A stretch of 64,000 bases of DNA from Dipteris shenzhenensis. Its lineage: Eukaryota. The stretch's first letter is position 1; every line of letters starts with the position of its first letter. The stretch is taken from assembly GCA_047967505.1 (NCBI GenBank), contig CM106538.1; one strand, given 5' to 3'. Positions 39,801 to 52,300 of this stretch are shown in pieces. The notes under the pieces are model-generated. The model was given only the letters and a program-made list of their open reading frames with translations. It was not told the DNA's origin and did no database searches. The position numbers were made by a program, and so were the translations under genes.

Positions 39801-42274
39801 GTCCACACATCAGAGTGGATTAATTCCAATGGCTTTTTACTCTCTTGAACATGCCTAGGAAAAGGTTTCTTTGCCTGTTTCCCAAATTGACAGGCTTCAC
39901 AAACCTTGTGCATTTCTCCAACCTTGAATTTAGGCAATCCTGCAACAATATTTTGGGCTTGCATTGATTTAAGTCGCTGTATATTAACATGACCAATGTG
40001 TTTGTGCCAGATATCAATATTTGCAACTACATCGGTCCCATGTGCAAACATTGCTGCACTCAATTCAGGCATGTCCACATCCAACGTAAACATCCTGCCC
40101 TTCTTCTTTCCTTTTGCTATCAAGCGACCATTATTTTTCATATCCTCAACAAAGCATCCATGAGGATTAAATCTGACCTGCAAGCCCTGCTCAACCATCT
40201 GACCAATAGAAACCAGGTTCTTGGTGATGTTCGGGACATGAAATACATCAGTATTTTTGTTTCCCATCCTGCATAGACAAAGGAATTTTGTCAATCTGCA
40301 CAATAGGATGTGCAGTATCATCACCAGTCTCCACAAATCCTGGTTTTTCCATTTTCCTTGCATCTTGCATCCATTCTGCATGACCTATCATGTGGTTTGA
40401 TGCACCTGAGTCAACATACCACACATCATTTCATTCTTCTGCACTTGTCACAGAATTGGTCATATGCTGCACCATAAATAGATGCTCATTTCTGTCATCA
40501 CCCTGCCTACTAGAAGATGCATAATTGCCTTGCTGCAATTTTCCACTCATAATGTCATTCTGCTTTTTATAGCAGTCCTTAGCCATATGACCCATTTTGC
40601 CACAATAGTAGCATTCAACATTGCTGTTTGCATTTTGGCCTCTCTGCCATCCACCACGGCCTCTTTGGCTCCCCCTGCCTCTAGAGTTACCACGTCCTCC
40701 TGCATAGGACTGGTTTTCTTGCGTTTGCTGCATATTCTGATTTCGACCATGGCCTGCAGATCGGCCTCCTCTACCTCTGCCTCTACCTCTGCCAGCATTT
40801 GAGTAGAAGACAGTTTCTTTTGAAGTTCCTGCTGAAGAAGATGCACCCCCATTTCTCTGCTCTTCAGAAATTAGAAGAGCAATCAACTCCTCAAAATCTG
40901 GAAATTTTTCACGGACGGCAATGGATGTCCGGAATTGTGCATAATCCTTTCCTAGACCATTCAAGGTCACAGAAAGCAAATCGTCATCATCCACTGGCGA
41001 CCCAATGGAAGCAAGTGCATCTGCAATTTTCTTCACTTTCATGTGGTAGTCATTTATGCTCAAATTTTCTCTCTGCACATTGTGCAACTCCTGTTTTAGT
41101 TGCATTTTCTTGGCTTGCGTATTTGTGCTATACATTTTTGCCAAAGTATCCCATGCCTCCTTTGGCGTATTTGCATCCTGAATATGCACAATCATGGAGT
41201 CCGAAATACTGATAGACAGCCAGTACATAACTTTCCTGGCTCTCTCATGCCATCCTTTGAATGCCTGCATTTCCCGTTGACTGGGAACATTAGGAAGAAC
41301 AGGTTCTTCTTCATTTCCTGTAATGAACTCCCAATAGCCTTTTCCCATCAAGAAATTCGTCATTCTAAACTTCCATGCCTGGAAGTTGTTCTTGTCAAGC
41401 TTTTCAGTGACAATCTGTGAAAGAGAATCAGATGCCATTACAGAACACTGCAAAATATTCTGTCACTACAAAAAACACAGCTTTTTGCCTCACATGGGCA
41501 GATCTACAAAACTCACGAAAGTGGTATTTCACCACACAGTCACTTCCTAGTGACGATTTTGCATCAACAGGCAACAAGCATGAATCTGCAACTCCCAATA
41601 TCTCTGCACAAAGGCATACGATGCAATTTCTGCGGCAACTTTTCACCGACCCGCAGAATAGTGGTCATACAGCAAAAACAGGGCCTTTTTCTGAGTGCCT
41701 GCGGAGAACTTCCGTCTCCAAAACGGGCCCCGAAATGACCTCGCCACACCGCGAAGGGCATCTCAATCTGAGACAGTGCACTCTTGCACTTCTGGCTGTG
41801 CTACCTGCAGAGATTTGCTCCCAAACTCGAAATAGGAAAGCAACACTGGTCCTCTTACCAGGACACCATGAACTTGGCTTGCTTTCTTGAGCTCCTTACC
41901 ACGAACAAGGCTCTCATACCATGTGAAGATAGTGGGAGAGAGGGAAGGAGTCTCACTTGAGGCTTTCTCACAATCACAATGGGGGAATACACACAAAGGT
42001 GGAGGCTGAAAAACAGTTTTCCTCTTCTTAGTTGTGTAAGCCAAAAGAACTCAAGTACAAAGAAATAGAAGAACCCTATATGTGGGTCTCAAACCAAACT
42101 CAACTAACTAAGGTGGCATACTAACTGAGCCACGAACTAGTGTAGATAAGGATAGCTGTCATCCAGCTATTATTCGTGGGCGGTGTACCAACCGCATCTC
42201 CAGCTAACAAGTCGGTGACATAAATGCACAACAGTCACCCTGGCATATCGCGAGTGGAGCTCGATATCTCAACA
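36847..42274 (-). mobile_element. Near full-length copia family B element with TSD GTATT; 5' LTR 41922-42274, shortened 3' LTR 36847-37118
   Basis: GTATT at 36842-36846 and 42275-42279; PBS 41910-41921; PPT from 37119; gag-PR-INT-RT-RH order. Confidence 0.96.
37079..41453 (-). pseudogene. Copia B gag-pol polyprotein broken by a few stops and frameshifts (ORFs 40431-41453, 38147-40381, 37847-38119, 37079-37843)
   Basis: Gag with RGG tract and CCHC knuckle; integrase [32 protein letters not shown]; RNase H YTDADWAG..TEAEY. Confidence 0.95.
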
Positions 42275-45200
42275 GTATTGAATTGTAGGCAGATGGTATA
42301 CCAAGTTGAGTACCACTTGTGGCTGTACGTTTTGTATGTATAATCCTTTATAATGCAAGACTTATAGCTTACACAATCCTTGTACGAGAGCTGTCCGTGG
42401 CTAGCTATACGAATATGCACTGATGTGGCAGCATAGGAGTACCTTCTCCTTTGGTTGTGACTGGTTTGGATGGGCCTAGTTGGCTGGTAGCTCCCATGCT
42501 CATAGGGGTTCATGATTGCCTTTATAGACAGCTCATTGGTTTGGATGCAATCCATTACCTTCCGGTTTACTGTCCTTCATTTCTTGATGCTTGGCATCCC
42601 ATTTTTTGTCCTCTTTTTTGCTATCCTCTTTCTTGCTATCCTTGAAACCCAAATTTCTCTTGCATTCAAGCATCAGCTCTCTTTGCATTTTCAATCAACT
42701 GAGTCATGGAACCAACCTTGGTTTTGATGCAATAGTCACACAACTCACTTGGTAATCCACAATAGTACCTCTATATTTGCTCTTTCAAAGATACATGCCT
42801 GTAAGAGATCAATGGTAGCAACACATACCAAAACCTTTGAGTATAATCCTCGAGATTCTTGCTGTTTTTATATGACAAGTCATGTCAATGTGAGAGTGCT
42901 TCCACCTTAAAAGTTGGAGTAAGCTAGGTAAAGGAAAACACTTGTTTAAATTCTAGCCAAGTGGAAGGAGCATCTCCTTGAAGCATTAGGTTGGTATATC
43001 ATTTGAGTGCATTGCCTTTCAAGAAAGTGGCAACCTTCTTGATCTTAGATGCTTACATAAACAAACCACCCATCAAACTGTTGAAGAAATGTGATGTCTT
43101 TGTACCTATCTTGTACTCCATTATATGACTCAAACTTGACATGAGAGCCACCATCCTTGAATTACTTATAAACACTGGATGTTGGTTGTCCAAATGGTGG
43201 ATGTACATTTAGGCATGGAAGCAAGTACTGTGGGTTGCATACATGGCTCCAATGTCCTTTGTATTCCTTCCATTGCATCTATGTCCCATGTCAGACCCAA
43301 AATCTATGGATTCTGTCTGGTTTGAGCCTAGCAATGCCTCCATGGAGGCATGTCCTGCACAGATGTCAAGTCCTTTTTGTGATGAGCTGAGCTCGATGCT
43401 TGACACATGATAAAGCTATGGACCCTTAGTGTTGGATGCCCTCTACATGGCTGATGCAGTCATTATATTCTTGGAAGCTTGCATTGAGGGTAGATAAACC
43501 ACTTGAGTGAAGGTAGCACTTGCTAGATAGTGGTCCACATCATGAAGACTATAGAGTAGGAGGATAAACCTAGACAAGTCAAGCAACACTAGCATCGTAT
43601 CATTGATTTTCTTCCTTGATGCTAGCTCTCACCCAATTTTGAGCCATTGTCAGATGAGCTTTCCTCTCCCCTTAGCCGCCTAGTGGAGTTGGTCCCCTAG
43701 ATATCATACATAGGTCCATCTACTTAGATGGATAGTCAATAGATTGATAGCTAGCTAGGGGACTCTTCTTGGTGTTTGCTTCATTTTTTGGGTGCTATTG
43801 TAGCGATATCGTAAGCATCAGTCTTGGCAAGGGCTAGTAGAGTGGAGAGATCAATGTGCTTAAGCCCATGTGAACCAACTTCCCAAGGAAGAGCCTATGG
43901 ATGTGGGCGACCAACACTACTTGCTACTGTGTGCAAAAGTACTACTCATGAGAAGGAAAAACTACACTTTAATAAGCGAGAGGGCTAAGAATCTACTTGA
44001 TTAGTATGTTGGGGGGCCAATTGGCCTCATTTGGAGGGCTTACTTTCCTATATAAAGGGCCCTAGGTAGGGGGTCAAATGTACTTTAGAGATCTTACACT
44101 GGGCAACATTGAGAGCCCCAGTTGATGTAGAGTGCAATGATCAAGCATGTGCCCCTCTTGATCACAAACTTCTAGATGCCAAATCAAAGGCTGGCACTAA
44201 AACTTCTCTCTACACTATGGACTAGTTTGGAAGGGGAGGGGTACCATCCCAAGCAACAAAGGATTAACTTATGTGGAGGACTTGGTGATAAGCTAAGCTT
44301 CATCTCTACAGGCCTCTGGCTGCATGCTATGTATGCCTTACATTTAATATCCACTGCTGCTCCGGATCTTAGTTTTTATTGCTACTAGCTAAGGAGGATT
44401 TCAAAAAGTCGAGTCAAGTACCGGGCCTGAAATGACATGTTGTAAGTTGGGGTAACAATTATAAGAAAATTTTTGAAAGTAGGGTTGTCAGAAACTTGGC
44501 CACTTGTTGTTGCATTTTGCAATGTTGAAACTAATATTTTCATGTGTGAATGATTGGTGATGATAGTGTGCACCTTTACTGCCTCAACCCCTCTTTCTCT
44601 ACCTTTAAAAATGTTCACCTAACGTTGCACATGGTTGGAAATCCTTTAATTTCTAAAGCCAATTCACGCTGACCACAATGTGTATAACCTATTGACCTTG
44701 GTAAGGACAAGGACGTCAAAACTGTGAGCTCTAAATAGCAACAATTATCGCTAGATGTGCCCTTCTTTCTTGTGGTAGTTTCGATATGCGATTCTACAGT
44801 GAAAATTTGAGTGTATAGAGAGACAATTACTAGATGTCTATTGTAACAAAGATTATCTATCAATACAATAGCTTACAGCAGAACTTACTGTTAAGAGGAC
44901 TTAGAAAGTGTCTTGTCTTTGTAATGCATTCGTTCAAGGATCCGATGTGAAATGGCTAGGGTGATCTTCTGAAGGGTCAATGAATCAAAGTTGCTATCAT
45001 GAAGGTTGATTCCATGTTCTACACCTCCAAGCTTCCTTGACAAGCAATGACTCTAGAGAAGGCAACTTTGATTCCAAATTTAATGGTTGCACACTTTTCT
45101 CATGCTCTGAGGATCCTCCAATGCTGCATCATCGAAAAGGAGGAGATCGGCCACTCATAGCAGGAAGGAAACGAAACAAAGAGGGGAGCTTTGAATTGGG

Positions 45201-45906
45201 AAAGGCAATCACGGAGATGCAAAAACAGATTAAAATTGCAATTCCTTACATTACAAAAATCTTCCAATCAAATATGGGGAAAGAAGGGGAGAGAAATTGG
45301 GGAGGAAGGCAAGAATTGAAGGCACGGTAAGAGAATTCTTGCATTATGCCCTACCTACAATCTCTACCACCATCGCGAGTTGCTGCAACTGCAAATGATG
45401 ATGATGATGATTCTTCTTCTTCTTCTTCTTTTTTAGCAAAAAAGAAACATAGATACATCAAGCAACAGAGAGAGATGAAGCACGTGGCCATGGCATTGTA
45501 GATGATGCGAATTCAAATTGAAGGTGTAGGAGAAAGAGATCGAGGAGGCCATGAAAGCTTCAAAAGAGGAATAGATGGAGATCATTAGAAGATCGAAAGA
45601 TTTGAAAGCTAGAAGGGTATGAAGATAATAAGACAACGACTAAAGAAGAAGGATCAAGACGGTTTGACCGCTCCAAAATCAATTAAAATTTTTTGAATTG
45701 AAAAATGACGTTTTTATAAGCATTTTTTAATAATAGTTCATACATGAATTATTTTGTGTATTGAAAAAAGGTAGTAATGCTTTGAAAATGAAAAAAATTG
45801 AGTAATATATGTTATGAATTAAGAGTCCTTCAAGAGTATGATTTAACTATAGTTTGAAATAGGAAGTCCTTTACATGTATTGAAAATGGGCTTCTACTTA
45901 AATATA

Positions 45907-47189
45907 CTAGATTATGTCTCTATTTTTGAGAAAGTAAAATTTTTTTGTAGATGTTGGATTTCCACTAAGGTTATTGTAGCCATATTTTGAGCCAATTGTG
46001 TTGAGTTCTCTTATGTATTTCTCTTCAAGTGTATCTGCTTTGCTTTTAAAGTTTGTGGTGGCTAGGATTTCTATTTTGAAGTTCGAGTGGAACGCTTTAT
46101 ACCTATTAACATCATGTTTCAATTTTAATAGAGGATTGGTTTGGTGATGTGCTATCCATTTTTCAAGATTTCTAGTTTTTCCAATATATCTTTTTTTTGT
46201 AGCAATACATAGAATAGAATATATGTAATATGGGCCTTTTGTGCCTTTTTCTTTGTCTTCTTTGTGATTTCCTATTTGAAATAGCAAAATGAAGTACGAT
46301 GAGACTTTCTTGTGTTTTAGAAGATGAAGTTTGTATGTATTTTAAGATATGGAGTCAAGAATGTACCTGTAGGGGGCTTAAATATATTGTTCTTTGGTGG
46401 AGTCGAGAAAAACTCAAAATGTTCGCCATATGCTTCTTTTGCAAAATTTAAATCAGTAATGGAAGTTATACCTTCTATGATAAATGGCAACTCTTTTGCT
46501 TTTTTTTTATCATTTGTTTGCAACATGTTGTTGAACTCCGCTAGTATGACATTTCCAGTCTTATGATCTATTTTGAGGAGTTCGACTAAGCTTACATTGT
46601 AGCCAAAGTGTAGAAGTTCAAGGAAATAAGTTGAAGTTTCTTCTGAGTGCTTATCTATTATAGCTTGTGCTTCTATTCTCAACATCATTGGAGTAATGAT
46701 ATCATCCTCTTTTGTGATTTTTTGAATTATGTACTTAGACCTACATTATGTTTGAATTGATATTATGTATATGTTATTTATTGTATTTTTAAGATTTAAA
46801 ATTTAATCATTTTTTATAAATAAAATTGGGTTACTAACCATTTGCTCTCATTTCTTTGTCCCCATGTTCTGCCTTCCATTGTTGTACTTCATGTTGATTG
46901 TTATCCATGAAATTCCTGAGGTCTTGCAATGTGCTCCATCCATAAATGTATTCATTTGGTTCCTTTCCAGCCATGTTTGCGAAATGCATTTGAGCTGTAT
47001 ACAAGAAATAATTTTTTCCTTTGATCTTTTTGTTGATTTCTCTTGATCTTGTTGAGGCAATCGGGCTTTACTTTTGAATTGATTAAAGATCTGCAAAAAT
47101 AGTAATCCATTATAAATTATAATATAAACTAATGTGAAGAAATACTACAATGCTTAATATTGAAAACATACCTCATCTGATGTTGCCAT
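45907..47189 (-). pseudogene. Predicted 4-exon gene (47189-47172, 47090-46839, 46740-46367, 46271-45907) ending in a GIY-YIG endonuclease domain; exon 2 frame disrupted
   Basis: YIYSILC..KRYIGKTRNLEKW..H..LEEKYIRELNT..YGYN. Three GT-AG introns of 81, 98 and 95 nt; the exon 3/4 junction is in phase (PPT-G-NHK). Confidence 0.75.
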
Positions 47190-47327
47190 ATTTTATTATT
47201 GGTTGTTCTTCAAATAATTTTTTTTGATAGATTCTGCATATTAGTTTGTATATCAAAAGTTTCTTTTCTCTTATATTGATGAATATTTAATAAAAGGATT
47301 TTTTATTGATTACTATTTTTTTAAATT

Positions 47328-48671
47328 TCATGTAAGCATTGGAATGAAGTCAGATGGATTGATTTTATTTAAGATTCTTAAGTTGTTTCGAGTGGTGACT
47401 CGTGAAAGCATGACATATGTTAGTCCTGGTGTAAATGATTTTTGTATTACTACAAGAGCCTTTCCTTTGCAAGTGCATCCTTGTGACTTGTGTCCCGTAA
47501 TTGCATATGCTAGTGTGATTAGAAATGTTGTTTTGTGATACCATATTGAGTTTAATAACTTCTGTTTATGTTTTGATTGTCTTAGTGTGATTTTTTCATT
47601 TGTTGATAAGATCTTGGCATGAATTTTTAAAATGTTGTTTGTGTTATTATCTATTTCTAGTGATATGACACTTGCAATAGCACCATTTGTAGCTCCGATT
47701 GTGAGATCTATATTTTCAGTGAAAGTGATCATCATTTTCACTCCTATTGCTATTTGTTGTATGGAGTGGAAATCTGGATCCATTATCCATTCTTTTAATT
47801 CTAAGATTTGATCTGCATTGGATGTCACAGTGACACTTTTAATTTGATGCTCTTTGAATTTCTTAGGTAGTATGAGCTGATTATAGTATCATGTGTCTTT
47901 TTTATGGGTGCACAATATAGTTGTGTCCTTGTCAATGAAATCGTTTGCTTCACTATCACTTATTATTAAATTACCTAGGTAATACTGAATCTCTTCTACT
48001 GTTGGTTGTCTTATTCTGATTATGTTTAAGAATTCTATGTATATTGGATCTTCTAGGTGATGTATTGATGTGTGTAGGAATGAAAAGGTTGCAGTTGTCC
48101 AGAAACCTGAGTTTCCAATATAGCATTTTCTACAAAATTCATTTTCTTGCACCTTGCATTTACATACAAGAGGCAACTGGGACATATCTCTAAATAAGAG
48201 CATCTTTTTATTTTCAAAAGGCTGCAAGATTGTTTGGTTGCAAGTTTCACACAGTTGTCTGATTACTGTGTTTAATGTTTGGCATGTCATCATTGAGATC
48301 TCATCAATTATGATGATTTCTGCATTTTCCAATTCTATGTATTGTTCTTCTAGCACTGGTAAGGAGGCACAAAACATATCGTGTCTCTTTGGTAGAGCAA
48401 ATTGATGATGTACAATAGTTGCTAATCGACTTAGTCTCATTGCAACTGCTCCTATTGTTGCTACTAGAACAATTAATTTTCCTTGTTTTACATAATTATA
48501 AGTAATGTACTTGATCATAAATGTCTTTCCTAAACCAGGAGTACCACAAATGACATGAAGTCCTATGGGTGATCCATTAATCTTTTCGTAAATTTCTTGT
48601 TGTTCAGAAGAAAGAGTTGCATTTTCGAAATCCTTGCATTGCCGTTCATCATTTGAAGTAATTTTGTGCAT
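47328..48671 (-). pseudogene. PIF1-family SF1B helicase domain of RepHel
   Basis: GTPGLGKT, VATIGAVA, IIIDEISMM, LFRDMSQLPLV, LAYAITGHKSQG, GLTYVMLSRV; one break at ~47889. Confidence 0.92.
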
Positions 48672-49396
48672 GTTGTGTTATGTATATTGGTATCTTCATG
48701 AAGGTCAGTTGAAGCCATGAAGGAGCTCTAAATAACATGTAATGGGCTTTTTTGGAGTATCATGTTTGTTAGTTGGTGGCGATTTTGATCTATTAGCAAG
48801 TGCACTTTGCAATATTGATTGATAACAGATTCGATGTCTTCTTCTGTTTTTATGAGGTCTCGGATATGGCATTCTAAAAAGTAAGATTTCGTATGATTGT
48901 TTTTAGAAATGAGCTCATTCTCATTTCTAAAATTTATGTTCTTTAGTAGAAGGTTATAAAAAAAGATGAGTAGGGTGGTAATCTGTGAAACGTACAATCT
49001 GTGTTGATGGATATACATAATTTCCGAAAGAATCTACGATAGTAATGTTATCTTTGTTTTTTTTCTTTGACTTTTAGACATTGTATTTTCTCTAGAATTC
49101 ATAGAAAGTCAAGTTCTCCATGACACTTGGATGACCGCAATACGTATCTATAGGATGCAGTACAGAAACACAATGTTCATGAAGGTATTTTTGGTGCATA
49201 GATGGGGGAGAGGAGTCAATGAAATGCACAGATTCGCTTCTTTGAATGGTAGATATTTGTAAGCATGACAATGCTGCCTCTGTTGGAGATGTTGTCTTTG
49301 AAAGAATGTATGCAAATATCATTTTTAATTCAATTGGATCTAGATTATCTAGTCCTACAAGTTTTACATCACCAGGATTCAAGTTCATGTGTCTCA
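48672..49396 (-). pseudogene. RepHel linker region downstream of the Rep tyrosine motif
   Basis: ORF 49092-49397 continues the Rep frame across the copia TSD (..KIEPMRHMNLNP..SPTEAA..). Confidence 0.75.
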
Positions 49397-52300
49397 TGTG
49401 AAGATAGTGGGAGAGAAGGAAGGAGTATCACTTGTGGCTTTCTCACATACACAATGGGGGAATACACACAAAGGTGGAGGCTGAAAATAGTTTTCCTCTT
49501 CTTAGTTGTGAAAGCCAAAAGAACTCTAGTACAAAGAAATATAAGAACCCTATATGTGGGTCTCAAACCAAACTCAGCTAACTAAGATGGCATACTAACT
49601 GAGCCACGAACTAGAGTGCATAAGCATAGCTGTCATCCAGCTATTATTCATGGGCGGTGTACCAACCGCATATGCAGCTAACAAGTCGGTGACATAAATG
49701 CACAACGGTCACCCTGGCATATCACGACTAGAGCTCGATATCTCAGCACTCCCCCTCGAGCTCAATCCCAATTCTTGCACACCAACAAGTAGGTCTCTAA
49801 ACTTGCGCAGCTTCTCTGCGCCCAATGCCTTCATGAATATGTCAGCTACCTGATCCTCTATGATGACATAAACTAGATTAATAAGACCTAGTAAAACCTT
49901 CTCCCACACATAGTGATAATGCACCTCAATGTGCTTTGTTCTAGCATGATAGACTGGGTTATTTGCCAAGTGTATACTGCTCATGTTGTCACAATAAATG
50001 ACAACTGGCCTATCTGTAGACTGATGCATATCATAAAGTAGCTTATGCAACCAAGCTACCCCACATGCAGCCATTGCTGCACCCCTGTACTCAGCCTCTG
50101 TCTCGACAAGGCAACTGTAGGCTATTTCTTGCTGCTCCAAGTGACTGCAGCACTCCCAAAAGAGAACACATATCCACTAGTAGATCGTCTATCAGAAATA
50201 CTACCAGCCCAATCAGCATCAATGTATCCATGCAACTATATCTGAACCCCAGTCTCATTAAATAGTCCGTAGTGCAATGTGGACTTCACATATCTAAGTA
50301 TGCGTCTAGCCGCATCCAAATGCGGTTTCCTTGGAGCCTGCATAAACTGACTTACCAATCCAACAGCATAGCTTAAATCTCACCTGGTAATATTCATATA
50401 AATCAAACTTCCTACTATGCGTTTGTACATAGTAGGGTCTTCCAGAAGCTCACTGCATCTGCGCTCAGCTTCACATTCTGCTCCAAAGGAACTGAAATAG
50501 GCTTACAGCCTCTCATCCCATATTTGGATAGCATATCCAATCCATACTGCCTCTGCAAGAGCCGTATCCCACTTGGTGATCTAATCACCTCAATGCCCAA
50601 GAAATAACGTAGCTCTCCCAAATCCTTATTCTCAAACTTCTGCTTCAATAGCATTTTCACATGAAGGATATCTTCATCACTATCACCTGTGATGATCAAA
50701 TCATCAACATCAATGATAAGCAGCATAATACCTTTCTCTGTTTTTCTCATGTAAAGTGAGAAATCTGCCTTTTGAAATGTGAAAGCCAATAGTGACAAGA
50801 TACTATCCTATCTTGTCAGACTATGCTCTAGGTGCTTGCTTCAAGCCATACAAGGCTTTCTTCAACCTGCAAACAAACTCAGGATGAACAGCGTGAACAT
50901 AACCTGGTGGCTGCTCCATAAAGACCTCTTCTTGCAAATCACCATGCAAGAAGGCATTCTTTACATCCATCTAATGTAAAGACCATCCCCTTGATGTAGC
51001 CATAGCAATTACTGCTCTTACGGTTTCCATCCTTGCAGCTGAATTGAATGTTTCTTTATAATCAATGCCAAATGTCTACGCATACGCCTTGACAACTAAT
51101 CTTGCCTTGTATCTGTTCATAGAACCATCTGCATTGTGCTTCACCTTAGAAACCCACTTACAGCCAATTTCATTCTTGTCTTTAGGCAAAGGCACCAATT
51201 CCCATGTAGCATTGGCTTCCAAGGCTTCCATTTCTTCATCCATGTCTTTCTCCCATTTTTCTTTTCCCATGGCTTGCTAAAAAAAGAAGTGGGTTCTGGT
51301 TCATGTATCACTTTGACCATATAGGCATAGTGAATAGCTATAAATCCATCATATTTCAGCTTATCCACAAGATACCTAGCTCTGGTAGACCTATGCAAAA
51401 TAGGCTCACTTCTATGTGTTCTCAAAACATCCCTGGTCTTCCTTACTCCAGGTGTAACAACAGAAGGAATACCCAACTCATGATCAATGCTCTGTTCTGA
51501 GCCACTGGATTCACCATCCACATAAGAGTGACCTACATTCACATCAAACATGGGCTGATCTACCTTCTCTTTTCCTTTTCATGATACCTGCATACCACTA
51601 TCTGCATTGCTTTGAGGAGATTCTCCTGATCTCAATCTACCTATCCATGGTGAAGTATGTGAACCACTGCTAGAGGACACTGCAGGTCCACTAATATTTT
51701 GTGATTGCTGCTGTGAATTCTATGCAGTATTACCATTTTGTGCATCTACATCATCAATCACATTTACATATTTATACCAGCTGCTCATCTCATCAACAAC
51801 AACATCTCTACTCATTGTAAACTTATGAGTAGAAGGGTTATAGCATCTATACCCTTTCTGCTGTAGAGAATAACCAATAAAGATGCACTTCTCAGCTTTC
51901 TAATCCAACTTGGACCTCAACTCATCTAGCACATGAACATAGGCAATGCGACCAAAAATCTGGTTTTCTACCAGTATACATCTCCTTTGGTGTCATGCCA
52001 TGTATTGCTACAGTGGGAGTTCTATTCATTGTGTAAACTGCTATAGCAACTGCTTCAGCCCAATAATAATCTGGTAGGTCTTTTTCATTTAGCATGGCCC
52101 GAGATACCTCTCTAATATGCTCGTTTTTCCTTTCTGCAAGTCCATTTTGCTGTAGGATATGACTGCATGAATATTGCTGCTTTATGCCATGCTCCTACAA
52201 GAACCTTGCAAACTCATTTGAGAGGTACTCTTCCCCTCCATCTGACCTTAGGCATTTTCTTTGCAGGCTTGTTTCTTTTTCAACCATAGCTTTAAAAGCT

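Noticed and set aside
45655-45680. Hairpin CGGT-TTG-ACCG as the Helitron 3' terminal palindrome
   Set aside because: The stem is only 4 bp and there is no supporting terminal motif.
45907-46287. GIY-YIG as part of a Penelope-like element or organellar intron insertion
   Set aside because: No adjacent RT or organellar sequence; it is joined to upstream exons by GT-AG introns and is co-oriented with RepHel.
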